Virus record (IMG/VR): IMGVR_UViG_3300022074_000005
Origin: a virus
Strand: one strand, 5' to 3'
DNA: 64,000 nucleotides
Shown: positions 1-10,274 of the stretch, piece by piece
Numbering within the stretch: the first letter of the stretch is position 1
How the letters are laid out: each line of letters starts with the position of its first letter
Translations under genes and position numbers: made by a program
The notes under the pieces: model-generated
The model's database searches: none
What the model saw: only the letters and a program-made list of their open reading frames with translations
What the model was told of the DNA's origin: nothing

Positions 1-9
1 TTGGCACTT

Positions 10-672
10 TTAACTCAACATTTTTAAGAATTTTGCGAATTCTAGTGCTTTCATTTTATCTTCTCTTAATCGAGTTCTCTTCTCAATTCTTTGTTTCATC
101 TCAAATACTTCCGACTCGACTAAATTACCATGGTCCCATACCCACTCTTTACCTTCCATAATTCCCTCTACGAAAGCGTTTGGAGCAGACGGGTCTGCCA
201 CGATATCCCCTGCTGTTGCAAGTTTGAAGTCGCTTCTCACATAGTTAGCACCGCCTCTTTGGTCTAAACTTCCCATACCCCTTGATGATACACCGAGAGT
301 TGCACCCTCGTCCATAAGGTTTTTTACGATTTCACCCATCGGAGTCGACATAATTTTTGCTTCTCCTACGAAATTATCGCCCTCTGGTTTTAGTTCAGTT
401 ATCATATGTGATACTCTGTCTAAATTAACCGTTGGACCTTCTGGGTGACCTAATTCACCAAAGGCTCTATTCTTTTGAACATACTCTTTATTGTAGTTTG
501 CAACCTCTTTCATCAAAATGTCTTTTGGATATACTCTTCCATTTCTATTTTTGATGTTAGATTGCATAAAGATACCTTTGATCTTATATTCTTTTTTACC
601 GTTTTTCTCTTCAATTAAATAATTGTTTTGAGAGAAATCCGTTGCTTCTGTTATTAGTTTTACTTTACTCAT
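10..672 (-). CDS. gp21: prohead core protease (T4 gp21-like)
   Basis: GIFMQSNIKNRNGRVYP, GELGHPEGPTVNLDRVSH and GVSSRGMGS motifs; downstream of portal. Confidence 0.95.
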   Translation of the reverse strand: MSKVKLITEATDFSQNNYLIEEKNGKKEYKIKGIFMQSNIKNRNGRVYPKDILMKEVANYNKEYVQKNRAFGELGHPEGPTVNLDRVSHMITELKPEGDNFVGEAKIMSTPMGEIVKNLMDEGATLGVSSRGMGSLDQRGGANYVRSDFKLATAGDIVADPSAPNAFVEGIMEGKEWVWDHGNLVESEVFEMKQRIEKRTRLREDKMKALEFAKFLKMLS

Positions 673-676
673 ATTC

Positions 677-1057
677 CTAGCTTAAGTTATCATATCCGTC
701 TGTTTTCTTTAACTTTAGAATAATAAAACCAACAGATGCACTTGAATTTGTTAATACAATATCGCCAGTTACACCTGAACCAGCATTGTTTTTGATTGTC
801 GGTAATGATTGTGATGTATTGTACGCTCCATTACCATTTAAAGATAATGCAACCACATTAGAAGTTGCATCGAATAGCAAATCTGTTTGTGAACCTACTG
901 ACCATTGACACGCAACAATCGATAGTTTTGGGCCTGAGTCATGTCCAGCTAGACCTGACGCATCAACAACTGTTGCAGTTGAGTTTGTACCAGTAGTTGT
1001 TATTTTAACAACGTGTTCAAAATCTGAATCTACCAATGTTTGTAATACTACTGCCAT
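677..1057 (-). CDS. hypothetical protein, probably virion structural
   Basis: Co-oriented ORF in head operon; beta-strand-like Thr/Ser/Gly/Val-rich composition; SD-like AGGA upstream. Confidence 0.65.
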   Translation of the reverse strand: MAVVLQTLVDSDFEHVVKITTTGTNSTATVVDASGLAGHDSGPKLSIVACQWSVGSQTDLLFDATSNVVALSLNGNGAYNTSQSLPTIKNNAGSGVTGDIVLTNSSASVGFIILKLKKTDGYDNLS

Positions 1058-1066
1058 TTTTATTCC

Positions 1067-1315
1067 TTATTTCATAAATCCGATTGCTTCTTTTTCAAAA
1101 TAACTAAGTAGGTCTTGTTCTTTCACTTTGTACTTTTTAGAGACATCGGATATAGTCTTTTCAAAAGTATTTAGGAAATTTTGAGGTTTGGCGTCCATTT
1201 TTTTGAATATATCATCGACTGCCCTCTTCATTTTAGGCGACAATTTTCTATATTCTTTAGTTCTTTTGAACTCATCGGCCTCAAATGTTTGAGTATAAAC
1301 CTCTTCAAATTTCAT
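1067..1315 (-). CDS. small prohead core / internal head protein (gp68 position)
   Basis: Position between gp67-like and gp21; charged; N-terminus MKFEEVYTQTFE resembles capsid-targeting leaders. Confidence 0.55.
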   Translation of the reverse strand: MKFEEVYTQTFEADEFKRTKEYRKLSPKMKRAVDDIFKKMDAKPQNFLNTFEKTISDVSKKYKVKEQDLLSYFEKEAIGFMK

Positions 1316-1318
1316 TTT

Positions 1319-1531
1319 TTACTCTGTTTCTTTAACTTCAGGTTCTACTGCTGGTGCTTCTGGTTCTACCTCTGTTATATGATCTCTTACAAAACCTTTT
1401 GCTACTTCTTGTTTTTTAGTATCAATAGCCATTGCGATTTTGTCTTTCATAACATCTTTAAAAGCATCCTCAGCATCTAAGTTGCTACCTGTGTGTATTG
1501 CGTCTATAACTTTATCACTTGTCATTTTCAT
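1319..1531 (-). CDS. prohead core protein (gp67-like)
   Basis: Small acidic protein directly after portal; AEDAFKDVMKDKIAMAIDTKKQEVA pattern typical of this slot in T4-like phages. Confidence 0.65.
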   Translation of the reverse strand: MKMTSDKVIDAIHTGSNLDAEDAFKDVMKDKIAMAIDTKKQEVAKGFVRDHITEVEPEAPAVEPEVKETE

Positions 1532-3104
1532 CTCCTATTTCATCTTCTGGTTCTTGGTTATCTGCAGGTTCTGTATTACCTGTTGGTCTATTTGTGACAC
1601 CTGAGTTAGGTGGTAAATCTACACCGCCATCTTCTACATCAAGACCTGCTTCTGTGTTCATTTGATCTTTCATCTCATCAATTTCGTGTTCAGTAAATTT
1701 AAGTACGTTTTGTTGTACCCATTTCTTACTAAAGAATGTTCCTACAAAACTTTCAATAGCTCCTAATTGATCTATCTTCTCTCTTAATAATTCTGCATTT
1801 TTTAATTCTGCAAAGTTATTGTCTTGTAAGAAGTCATAACTTATTCTTTCTTTTATAGAACTCCACTCCTCTACATTAATAACACCTTTTAAAACTAATT
1901 GTGATTTAAGTATATCATTAAATAAAGGTGTAAACTTCTTTCTAATTTTCTGTACAAACTTTGTAAATTTTAATTCATCTCTAGTAATCTCTGTTGATCT
2001 TCCTAAAGAAAAGTTTTGTTCAGCTTCTAATCTTGATATGGGAACATTTAAAGAACGATATAATTTTCTTTGAAAGTAAACTATATCCTCTATTTCACCT
2101 AAGTTGTTTCCACCTGGTAAAGTTGTAATCTCTGTACCTCTGCCACCTTCTCTTCTTGGTAACCAAAAGTCTTCAAGCATTGACATGTGATTTCTGTCGT
2201 CTCTAATCTCACCAGTCTTTGCATCATACACTAATTTATTTCTATATCGGTGCATAACATCTTTTAGATATTGTTCTGCTTTTGCTTTTGGTAAATTACC
2301 AACATCAATATAAAAGATTCTTCTTTCTGGTGCTCTTGATATTCTATAGATAACAAGACTGTCTTCAATCATTCTTAATTGATTAACAGGTTTAATTGCT
2401 TTGTGCAAATAAGATAAAACCATATTTCTATTTGCATCTATTAAACCAGATGGGCAATATGCTACTGAGTCTGGTGATAGTCTAGCACCAATCAAAGTGT
2501 TACTACCACTTCCCCCATACATCATGCCTTTTGGATTGTAAACATAGTAGTCCTCAGATTTTTTAATTATATCTGGTCCTATTGCTTTAGGTTGTTTCTT
2601 AACTTCTTTAACTTTTTTGATTTGTCTTGGGTCGATATATCTAACTTCTTGAATACCTAATTTTGGATTTTTGGTATCAATAACTTTATGATAGTAAAGC
2701 CTACCATCAATATACCATCGTCTGAATATGTCTGGTCCTTTAGTATCAAAATCTAATAATCTTAATACTTGATCAAACTCTTCTCTAATTCTATTTTTTA
2801 CTCTAGTGTTATAAGGTAAGTTGTCTGTTATTACTTCTACAGATTGATCTCTTTCATTTGCAACAATAGCTTCATTAATGATATCTTCAATTGCACTATC
2901 ACACTCTGGTTGATTCGCAATGTCTCTATATCTACGAACAAGGTCTTGTTCGTTTCTGTCTCTACCGTCTTGATCTAGAACTTGAGCAAAGTGCCCACCG
3001 CCTGCGATTTCTACTGTGCCATCGTCAGGCGATTTTTGGGTAAACTTTTCTTGGCTCTCTGTATCTTTTATTCTTTCGAATTTAAATCCGAATAGCTCTG
3101 CCAT
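1515..3104 (-). CDS. gp20: portal vertex protein
   Basis: LRMIEDSLVIYRISRAPERRIFYIDVGNLPK and EDFWLPRREGGRGTEITTLPGG signatures. Confidence 0.97.
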   Translation of the reverse strand: MAELFGFKFERIKDTESQEKFTQKSPDDGTVEIAGGGHFAQVLDQDGRDRNEQDLVRRYRDIANQPECDSAIEDIINEAIVANERDQSVEVITDNLPYNTRVKNRIREEFDQVLRLLDFDTKGPDIFRRWYIDGRLYYHKVIDTKNPKLGIQEVRYIDPRQIKKVKEVKKQPKAIGPDIIKKSEDYYVYNPKGMMYGGSGSNTLIGARLSPDSVAYCPSGLIDANRNMVLSYLHKAIKPVNQLRMIEDSLVIYRISRAPERRIFYIDVGNLPKAKAEQYLKDVMHRYRNKLVYDAKTGEIRDDRNHMSMLEDFWLPRREGGRGTEITTLPGGNNLGEIEDIVYFQRKLYRSLNVPISRLEAEQNFSLGRSTEITRDELKFTKFVQKIRKKFTPLFNDILKSQLVLKGVINVEEWSSIKERISYDFLQDNNFAELKNAELLREKIDQLGAIESFVGTFFSKKWVQQNVLKFTEHEIDEMKDQMNTEAGLDVEDGGVDLPPNSGVTNRPTGNTEPADNQEPEDEIGDENDK

Positions 3105-3141
3105 AATGTACTCCTACTTTTTATGTATTTATGTAGGTAAA

Positions 3142-3672
3142 TTAGAAGTTAACGCCACTTGCTTCGAAGTGTTGATATCTCCATGTCACCTCAAACTCTT
3201 CCAATGCATTTGTTGACTCATATGCTACGTCAATTTGTGCAACTGTTAATGGATGAGCATTTCTAAAGATGTAGTTTTTAAGAACTGTATCATCTCTATC
3301 TAATTGTTCAACGAATAAATCAGCAGAATATTCAGCAGGTGTAGATACACCAGTGTTTTCTACTAAATCATTGATACCATTCATCCAACGCTCTATAGCA
3401 TTTCTTACCATAAAGTCTGTATCGTTAATGAATGTTGTTGACCATGTTTCGAACTCTCTGTCACCAGCGATGTAGATATTTCTACCTCTGAATGGTACAG
3501 GTATTTCACCAAGTGTTTGGCCTGGTAAGTTTGAAGCTTTTGCTAAGAAAGAACTTCTTCTTACATCAAGTCCTATTGCAATACCTGGTGGTGGTGTAAT
3601 AGTGACTCTAAACTGATTGGGTCTAGCGCCTCCACCGATTAGGTTTGCTTTAAAGTCGTCTATTCTAGCCAT
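3142..3672 (-). CDS. gp19: tail tube protein
   Basis: GGGARPNQF, VPFRGR, AGDREFETW motifs; follows sheath gene. Confidence 0.95.
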   Translation of the reverse strand: MARIDDFKANLIGGGARPNQFRVTITPPPGIAIGLDVRRSSFLAKASNLPGQTLGEIPVPFRGRNIYIAGDREFETWSTTFINDTDFMVRNAIERWMNGINDLVENTGVSTPAEYSADLFVEQLDRDDTVLKNYIFRNAHPLTVAQIDVAYESTNALEEFEVTWRYQHFEASGVNF

Positions 3673-3673
3673 C

Positions 3674-5683
3674 TTACGCTCCTCCTACTTCGGTAAACGC
3701 AACACCAGTTCTAGTAGCAATAAATGATAAAGTTATGAAGTTAATGCTTCTTGCAGGTTTTACAAAAATGTCTGCAACAAACTCATTTCTATCAATTACT
3801 TCACCAGTATTATTACTTGCGTCTGCTATTACTCTAAAGTCACTTATTCCTCTTCGACCTTGTATGTCTCTTAGGAATGGCTCAACTAAGTTTCTAAATT
3901 GTGCTCTAGTAAACTCATCATTGAACTCAAACAATTGGAATTTAGCAGCTGTTGCTATTGCTTTTTCTAGAAGTAAGAATAGTCTTCTTACGTTTATTCT
4001 ATCGAAAGCACTTGGTTTAGTTAATGCAGTTTTGTCACCAAATAAAACAACACCTTGACCTGGGAAGTTAACAACTGGGTTAATTCTTGCTCTGTAAAGT
4101 ATATCTCTCTGAGCTTGGTTAGGGTTGTAAGATAATTTGATTGCGCCTCTTATGTTTCCTCTGTTAAATCCAGCAGGTGAAAAGAAGCTATCTGCTACTC
4201 TATCTGTATTAGCACATAATCCAGCAGTATCACCATTTAATGGTACAAATCTAAACTCATCATTGTATTTGTCATACATGTATTTGTATCCACTATCGAA
4301 TACTACGTATGATGAACTAGGACATAAATCAAATGCTGTTTTTACGTTTTCAGTTTGTGTTGTATCGTTAGCAACATTAACTGTTGCACCTCTATGTGGT
4401 GATACGAATGCTACACAGTCTTTTCTTTTTTCAACTAAATCAGTAATCATAGTTACGTGTGTGTCTTGACCACTTGATGTATCTGCTACAATAGAAGATG
4501 GTCCACCAATTACTAGATTGATATCAATTGACTCTGTATCACTAAACTTATCATATGCACTTTCAATCTCTCCAGCAGTTACAGCGTAGTCGTCTGTACC
4601 AGATGCTAAGTTTGTAGCAGTTGGTGTATCTACAGCTGTGTATGCTGATGTAGTATCAGTTCCCCAATTTGAACCACCTGAGTTGTGGTCCATCCAAAAT
4701 ATATTTTCTGATTGATTGTAAATTACATTTGGATAGTAATTTGTATTACCTTGAGCAGTTTTTGCATTTGGGTTTTTTGACATATTTGCAAAAGTTTCGA
4801 TAATTGCATTTTGTCTATTTCCGTTTGAATCAACATCAAAACCTGAAATGTCGCCAGTAGTATCGTAAACTACTACGTGAATTTCGTCACCTGAACCTCT
4901 ACCGTTTTGAGTTGCCCATGCAGATGTACCTGGAGCTCCGTCAAATCTGTCGTAAAATCTCCAACGTCTTTTGATGAAAGAGTTATCAGGTATGACGTTA
5001 TGAACACCACCACCGTTAGGGTCGTCTAATCTTTTGATTGTTGCAACGTTAGTTGAAGTATTAATCGCTGTTACTTCATATTGTTTTCCGTCTTCACCAG
5101 TTACAGGTGTTGTACCTGCTGAGTCTGTAAAGAAAGATATAATATCTCCAACGTGTATTTCATCGTCTGCTAAATCTATGTTATCTACTGCGATTGATGT
5201 TGAACCTACTGCATCTTCACCAACTGTTTGGTTAGATGATGTCAACATTTCTTCGTATGCTGTTGCTGTTGCACAAATAGAAACTCCTATAGAATTTCCC
5301 CATGTTCCAGCTGATCTTGCAGCCCACTCACCAACAGATGCTTCGCCTGCAGCGAAAGAACCTTGATAGTGATCTGTATCTCTAATTAGTATTGCTGTAC
5401 CTGATGCAACTGCGTTAACTACTCCACTTTCTGCTCTTACTACTCTCAAAGAGTTTGTATATTGTAGGAAGTTTGCAGCTGAAAAGAATGTCTCAAAGTT
5501 TGAGTCATTTGGTTTTCCAAAATTTTTAATAAGGTCTTCTTCAGACGTTATAGTTGTTACAGATGAAACAGGGCCTTTTTGAAATGCTCCAGCGATTGCA
5601 CCTATAGATGTTGCTACTGCTGGTACCACATTTGTTAAGTCAACTTCTTTTACCTGAACGCCAGGTGAGACTAAAAATGCCAT
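3674..5683 (-). CDS. gp18: tail sheath protein
   Basis: SPGVQVKEVDLT start, SPAGFNRG, SAFDRINVRRLF, KPARSINFITL. Confidence 0.97.
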   Translation of the reverse strand: MAFLVSPGVQVKEVDLTNVVPAVATSIGAIAGAFQKGPVSSVTTITSEEDLIKNFGKPNDSNFETFFSAANFLQYTNSLRVVRAESGVVNAVASGTAILIRDTDHYQGSFAAGEASVGEWAARSAGTWGNSIGVSICATATAYEEMLTSSNQTVGEDAVGSTSIAVDNIDLADDEIHVGDIISFFTDSAGTTPVTGEDGKQYEVTAINTSTNVATIKRLDDPNGGGVHNVIPDNSFIKRRWRFYDRFDGAPGTSAWATQNGRGSGDEIHVVVYDTTGDISGFDVDSNGNRQNAIIETFANMSKNPNAKTAQGNTNYYPNVIYNQSENIFWMDHNSGGSNWGTDTTSAYTAVDTPTATNLASGTDDYAVTAGEIESAYDKFSDTESIDINLVIGGPSSIVADTSSGQDTHVTMITDLVEKRKDCVAFVSPHRGATVNVANDTTQTENVKTAFDLCPSSSYVVFDSGYKYMYDKYNDEFRFVPLNGDTAGLCANTDRVADSFFSPAGFNRGNIRGAIKLSYNPNQAQRDILYRARINPVVNFPGQGVVLFGDKTALTKPSAFDRINVRRLFLLLEKAIATAAKFQLFEFNDEFTRAQFRNLVEPFLRDIQGRRGISDFRVIADASNNTGEVIDRNEFVADIFVKPARSINFITLSFIATRTGVAFTEVGGA

Positions 5684-5731
5684 TGTTGTTCTCCTTGTAA
5701 AGTATAGCTATTACTTTTAATTTTATATCTG

Positions 5732-5771
5732 TATTTATAGATATTTAATTTTCAAAACCCTATTATTTATA
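5732..5771 (-). promoter_or_regulatory. two T4-type late promoters (TATAAATA) for gp18 operon
   Basis: TATTTATA at 5732-5739 and 5764-5771 on + (TATAAATA on -). Confidence 0.8.
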
Positions 5772-5782
5772 GACTAACTGAA

Positions 5783-5790
5783 TATAAATA
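5783..5790 (+). promoter_or_regulatory. T4-type late promoter for HNH-like ORF
   Basis: TATAAATA 7 nt before ATG at 5798. Confidence 0.7.
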
Positions 5791-5797
5791 CTACATT

Positions 5798-6097
5798 ATG
5801 CAATCCCACTATGAGAAATACAAAGAAACTATCAAAAAAGTAGCAAGAAGACATTATAATAAAAGGGTCTCTTGGCTAAATCAACATTTATCTGATAAGT
5901 CTTGCCATAATTGTGGTGAAAGTGAAACTATATGTCTAAAGTTTCATCCTCACGACTCTCAAATACGTAAAATATCTAAAACAAATGGTATCAATGGGTC
6001 TGGTAGACAAGAGATACTAAATCTTATAGATAGTTCAAAAATCATATGTCATAATTGTTGGATTAAATTAGATAATGATTTAATCGAACTTATATAG
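5798..6097 (+). CDS. HNH-like zinc-binding protein (possibly degenerate homing endonuclease)
   Basis: CHNCGE...CLKFHPHD...IICHNCW: two CxxC pairs in HNH layout. Confidence 0.65.
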   Translation: MQSHYEKYKETIKKVARRHYNKRVSWLNQHLSDKSCHNCGESETICLKFHPHDSQIRKISKTNGINGSGRQEILNLIDSSKIICHNCWIKLDNDLIELI

Positions 6098-6424
6098 CAT
6101 TGGATAGTTAAACAATTCACTTAAATATCTTACATAATATTGTCCATAAGTTTTTATTAAGTGTGATGATATAAAATGTATTTTAGGACACATTGATACA
6201 TCATCTATAGATTGTGTTGTTTTTCCACTAATAATAACTTGCACATCAAATAGATATCTAACAATTTGATAAAACTCTATATTCCAACTATCTAAATGTA
6301 TTATATTATATTTTACAGATAAATCTATTTGATCTGTAGGATTATCAAAAACTTTCACCATTTTTGGAAAGTAATCTAATATTTTTTTATCGCCTATTAC
6401 AATTAAAAGTTTATTCATTACCAA
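6080..6424 (-). CDS. hypothetical protein
   Basis: Overlaps gp17 stop, co-oriented; no recognised motif. Confidence 0.5.
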   Translation of the reverse strand: MVMNKLLIVIGDKKILDYFPKMVKVFDNPTDQIDLSVKYNIIHLDSWNIEFYQIVRYLFDVQVIISGKTTQSIDDVSMCPKIHFISSHLIKTYGQYYVRYLSELFNYPMLYKFD

Positions 6425-8049
6425 TCTGTATCCTTATCTCTAACAACTGGTGACCATCTAGTACCATATTCATCTACTGATTCTCCTATCTCTTCATTAC
6501 CATCTAATATAAAACCAAATGGTGTCATATCTTGCTCTATTCTATCTTGATTATCTGCATACATTCTTTTTCTAATATCTTGATCTGTTAACTCTTTAAA
6601 ATATCTTTGATCTGTTGCCCAGGAAAATAAAACTAAACACATTACTAAATCATCATTGCTACCTTCCTCTGCTTGAAATTGATTACCACGAACTATGTAA
6701 GTTGATAATTCATTTATTATATCAAAATCATCTACGAGTAGTTTATCTGTTTCTAATAATTGTTTTAAGTTAGAACATCCTACTTTTTTAACTGACTTTG
6801 TTGTTCTTACACCTAATTGTGCTTTACCACCAGAAAATCCACTACCCATAACTTGACCAGCACGTCCTCTCATATAACACATAATTATATTATCATATTC
6901 TAAATCAAAATGTAAGTTGTTTGATACTTGCTCTCCTATATCATTTACTTCAACTAAAACATATGCATGATTATATGCCCTAGCAACATGATGTATTTTA
7001 TGTGGAAATAATAAAGGTTTTATTTCGTTATCTTTAAATGATGCAACTACTTTATATGGTATTTCTGAAACATCAATAACAGTAAATGCTGATGCATCGT
7101 TTTTAGTTCCACGTGCAACGTCAGCTGTTACAACATAAGTGTGATCTTTTTTAGGATTTTCATAAACATTTAATCCCTCATGTTTTACAATAGGTTCTTT
7201 GTAAGTCATTTGTCTTAATTTTGCAGAGTTAACAAGTGTATTAGTAGAACCTAAAAACTCACATTCAAACTCTGTTTGGAATTGTTGTTCACTTGTATTT
7301 GAGATAGTTTCTTGTTTCCATTTTTCATCTCTACCTGGTACTTCCGACCAATGTACTTCTATAGGTACATAAGTGTTTCTTTTATATTGTGCATCATTCC
7401 ATAATTTATAGAACATATTCATACCATGTGGTGTAGATACAATAATTACTTTTGTTGTTTTACCAGAAGAGATTGTAGGATAAACTGAACTAAAAAATTG
7501 TTCAGCAACATTTGATGGTACATATGCAAACTCATCAAGAAATATTATATTGTATGAACCTCCTCTAACTGCTGATGCTGATGTAGATGATGCTAGTATT
7601 TTACTTCCATTTTCTAATTCTAAACTTCCTTTGTTCCATGACATTACTCCTTGTTGTAACCATTTAGGTAAGTTTTCGTATGCGAGTTGTAATCTACCTA
7701 ATAAGTCTCTAGCAGTTGCAGCTTTGTTTGCAAGTATCGCTATGTTAACACTAGGATTAAATAATGCATAATGTAAAAGATAAGCAATCATAACAGTTGA
7801 TTTACCTGATTGTCTAGGAAGTTTGCAAATAGTAAATCTATTACTATGAAAAGTACCAATCATTTCTTTTTGGAAATTATAAGGTTTAAACTTGACTAAT
7901 CCCTCGTCAAGTGATATAATCTTTATGTAGTTCGTGATAAAGTATAAAGGGTCATTCATACATTTTTGATATTCTTCAATCTCAGCTTGTGACCACTCTT
8001 TAGGTTGATTAGCTTTTTTTAGATTTGGATTACCTAGATAACTTTCCAT
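6418..8049 (-). CDS. gp17: terminase large subunit
   Basis: YLGNPNLKKAN, Walker A PRQSGKST, Walker B IIFLDEFA, STPHG, C-terminal nuclease DDLVM. Confidence 0.97.
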   Translation of the reverse strand: MESYLGNPNLKKANQPKEWSQAEIEEYQKCMNDPLYFITNYIKIISLDEGLVKFKPYNFQKEMIGTFHSNRFTICKLPRQSGKSTVMIAYLLHYALFNPSVNIAILANKAATARDLLGRLQLAYENLPKWLQQGVMSWNKGSLELENGSKILASSTSASAVRGGSYNIIFLDEFAYVPSNVAEQFFSSVYPTISSGKTTKVIIVSTPHGMNMFYKLWNDAQYKRNTYVPIEVHWSEVPGRDEKWKQETISNTSEQQFQTEFECEFLGSTNTLVNSAKLRQMTYKEPIVKHEGLNVYENPKKDHTYVVTADVARGTKNDASAFTVIDVSEIPYKVVASFKDNEIKPLLFPHKIHHVARAYNHAYVLVEVNDIGEQVSNNLHFDLEYDNIIMCYMRGRAGQVMGSGFSGGKAQLGVRTTKSVKKVGCSNLKQLLETDKLLVDDFDIINELSTYIVRGNQFQAEEGSNDDLVMCLVLFSWATDQRYFKELTDQDIRKRMYADNQDRIEQDMTPFGFILDGNEEIGESVDEYGTRWSPVVRDKDTDW

Positions 8050-9001
8050 TTACATAAACCTCTTTATATCTATTTGTGTTTTTCATTTTAGAAGAACATT
8101 TTGATTTACAAAAATCTGGCACATCGCCATTTGTAATTTTATCAAAAAAATCTTTCCATGCTTTACTATTTACTATATCTTTTACTTTATTATTATTTAG
8201 ATTGTTGCTAGCATCTAATAATGGTTCATATCTTTTATCAACTTGTTCACTATGTAATACGTCTGCATCTAACCAACAACACGGTAATACTTGTTTTGTT
8301 GTTGATACGTATGGCAATCTTTCTTGAGTCATGTATGTATCATCTAACATACTTAAACACTTTGGTCTAAACTCTTCTTTTTCTTTCTCTATTTTTTCTT
8401 TGAATTTTTTATTTTTTGGTTCTAAAAAATCATTAGTTCTACCAGAGTAATTTAATTCTAAAGTAACTCCAATATCTTTTGCCATTTGTATTGCTTGTGT
8501 TATCTTATCTTCATTATAACTAAAAACAATATATTGCCATTTACAATCTATACCCATTTCACTAGCAGTTTTCATTACTTCAAATAATTTTTCACCATCT
8601 TGATTTTGTCTGTAAACAAAACTTTGATATGGAAGACCATCTATACCAAAACGCCATTCTGCTTTTGGATGAGCTCTAAATGCATCAATATAAAACTCTA
8701 TAGGTTTTTGTGAGGCTGCATTACTAATAGATACATGAACATTTTTAGAACATGCAATACGAAGCATTTCAATTAGATTAGGATTAAATATAGGGTCACC
8801 AAATGTACCATTAAGAGTTAATGCTGAAAAGTGATCAGTTAAGTCTTTCCATTCATCAATTGTTAAATCGCCACCAGGTATATCTTTAGTTTTGTAATCC
8901 CAAATAGAACGAGCACATTGAGAACATTGCAATGTACATTTATTTGTAATATCTAAATCTAAACCTCTATTTTTAAAACCATCATTTTTATAATCAATCA
9001 T
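8030..9001 (-). CDS. radical SAM protein with C-terminal SPASM/Twitch-like Cys cluster
   Basis: CTLQCSQC (CxxxCxxC); C-terminal PKC...LPCCW...CKSKC. Confidence 0.85.
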   Translation of the reverse strand: MIDYKNDGFKNRGLDLDITNKCTLQCSQCARSIWDYKTKDIPGGDLTIDEWKDLTDHFSALTLNGTFGDPIFNPNLIEMLRIACSKNVHVSISNAASQKPIEFYIDAFRAHPKAEWRFGIDGLPYQSFVYRQNQDGEKLFEVMKTASEMGIDCKWQYIVFSYNEDKITQAIQMAKDIGVTLELNYSGRTNDFLEPKNKKFKEKIEKEKEEFRPKCLSMLDDTYMTQERLPYVSTTKQVLPCCWLDADVLHSEQVDKRYEPLLDASNNLNNNKVKDIVNSKAWKDFFDKITNGDVPDFCKSKCSSKMKNTNRYKEVYVNGKLSR

Positions 9002-9404
9002 CCTTTTTCTTTTTCAATAGTTTTTGTAGTTCGGCTGTTGAACCTACATACAAAGCATTAGTTACATTTTTGGGAGCATTGTTAGGAACTTCTTTTAATT
9101 TTTTCATCTTCTCTTGTAGATCACCAAGTTTTTCTGTTACCTCAGAAACTTGTTTAATTAAATTACCAGCAACTTCGTATGCTCTTGGATGGTCAGAGTT
9201 TTGAGCAATATCTAATATTCCTTGTATTGCGTCTTGTCCTCTTTCAACTAAATTGTAAAAATTTTCTCTTTGATACTTGTAATCAGAATCTATATCTTCA
9301 TCTTCTTTTGGTCTAGGAATAACTTTTTTAGGTTCTGATTTTATAAGTTCTTTATCTTTAACACCTAAAGCATCGTTTATTATTTCATCTATTTTATCAG
9401 CCAT
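8994..9404 (-). CDS. gp16: terminase small subunit
   Basis: DYKYQRENFYNLVERG, HPRAYEVAGNLIK, NALYVGSTAELQK. Confidence 0.92.
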   Translation of the reverse strand: MADKIDEIINDALGVKDKELIKSEPKKVIPRPKEDEDIDSDYKYQRENFYNLVERGQDAIQGILDIAQNSDHPRAYEVAGNLIKQVSEVTEKLGDLQEKMKKLKEVPNNAPKNVTNALYVGSTAELQKLLKKKKDD

Positions 9405-10254
9405 TTAAAAAATACCTTTTCATTTTTGCATCGTCTTGATCAAGATTTATACCACATCGCTTTCTGCAAACTTCTGGTGGATTAGTTTTTAATTTATTAT
9501 TAAATGTTTTCCACGTATTAGAGTTTACTATTTCTTTAACAGTATTTATTTTCAAATTTAAAGTACTATCATATAATTCTGAAACTTGTTGTTTATGTGA
9601 GTCTAACCAACAACATGGTAATACATTACCACCAGCTGCATAATACATATTTGTTTTATTCTCTAAACATCTTGGTCTTATTTTAGGTGACATGTTATAT
9701 TTTAATTTTACATTCTTACCCTCAGCATCGGTATTTGTTTCTAACAACTGTAATCTTATATCATGATCTTTAGCTAATTTATATGCATCTAATTGATATT
9801 TCTCATTGTAAGGAAAAACTATATACTGCCACTCTACATCTATACCAAGTTTTTTTGCATCTAACATTCTTTGAAATAAAAACTCACCATCTTGATTTTT
9901 TCTATATTGATGTGATTGATGAGGTAGACCATCAATTCCAAAAACCCAATGAGCATGTAAGTTTGATTGAAACGCTTCATCATATACACTTTTCTTTTTA
10001 TGATTGGCTGCGTTATGAATACGAACATGTTTTTTTCGTATGTAACATAGTTTTAGTAATTGATTTAGTTTTGTGTGATAGATTGGGTCTGATTGACCAC
10101 CACACATATCTATGATATCAAACTCATCAAGAATTTTTTCAAACTCGTCTATTGTTATTTCACTTTTAACAATAGTATAGTTTTCATCTTGACGATTACA
10201 ACCACCACATTTAAGAGTACACTTATGTGTTATATCTAAATTTATTTCTTTCAT
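9397..10254 (-). CDS. radical SAM protein with C-terminal SPASM/Twitch-like Cys cluster (paralog of 8030-9001)
   Basis: CTLKCGGC; FGIDGLP, WQYIVF, LPCCWLD and CRKRC motifs shared with the paralog. Confidence 0.85.
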   Translation of the reverse strand: MKEINLDITHKCTLKCGGCNRQDENYTIVKSEITIDEFEKILDEFDIIDMCGGQSDPIYHTKLNQLLKLCYIRKKHVRIHNAANHKKKSVYDEAFQSNLHAHWVFGIDGLPHQSHQYRKNQDGEFLFQRMLDAKKLGIDVEWQYIVFPYNEKYQLDAYKLAKDHDIRLQLLETNTDAEGKNVKLKYNMSPKIRPRCLENKTNMYYAAGGNVLPCCWLDSHKQQVSELYDSTLNLKINTVKEIVNSNTWKTFNNKLKTNPPEVCRKRCGINLDQDDAKMKRYFLNG

Positions 10255-10274
10255 TAAAAATCATTGTATAATTA

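Noticed and set aside
6418-8049. Intron or intein in terminase or other core genes
   Set aside because: ORFs are continuous, of normal length and lack intein motifs
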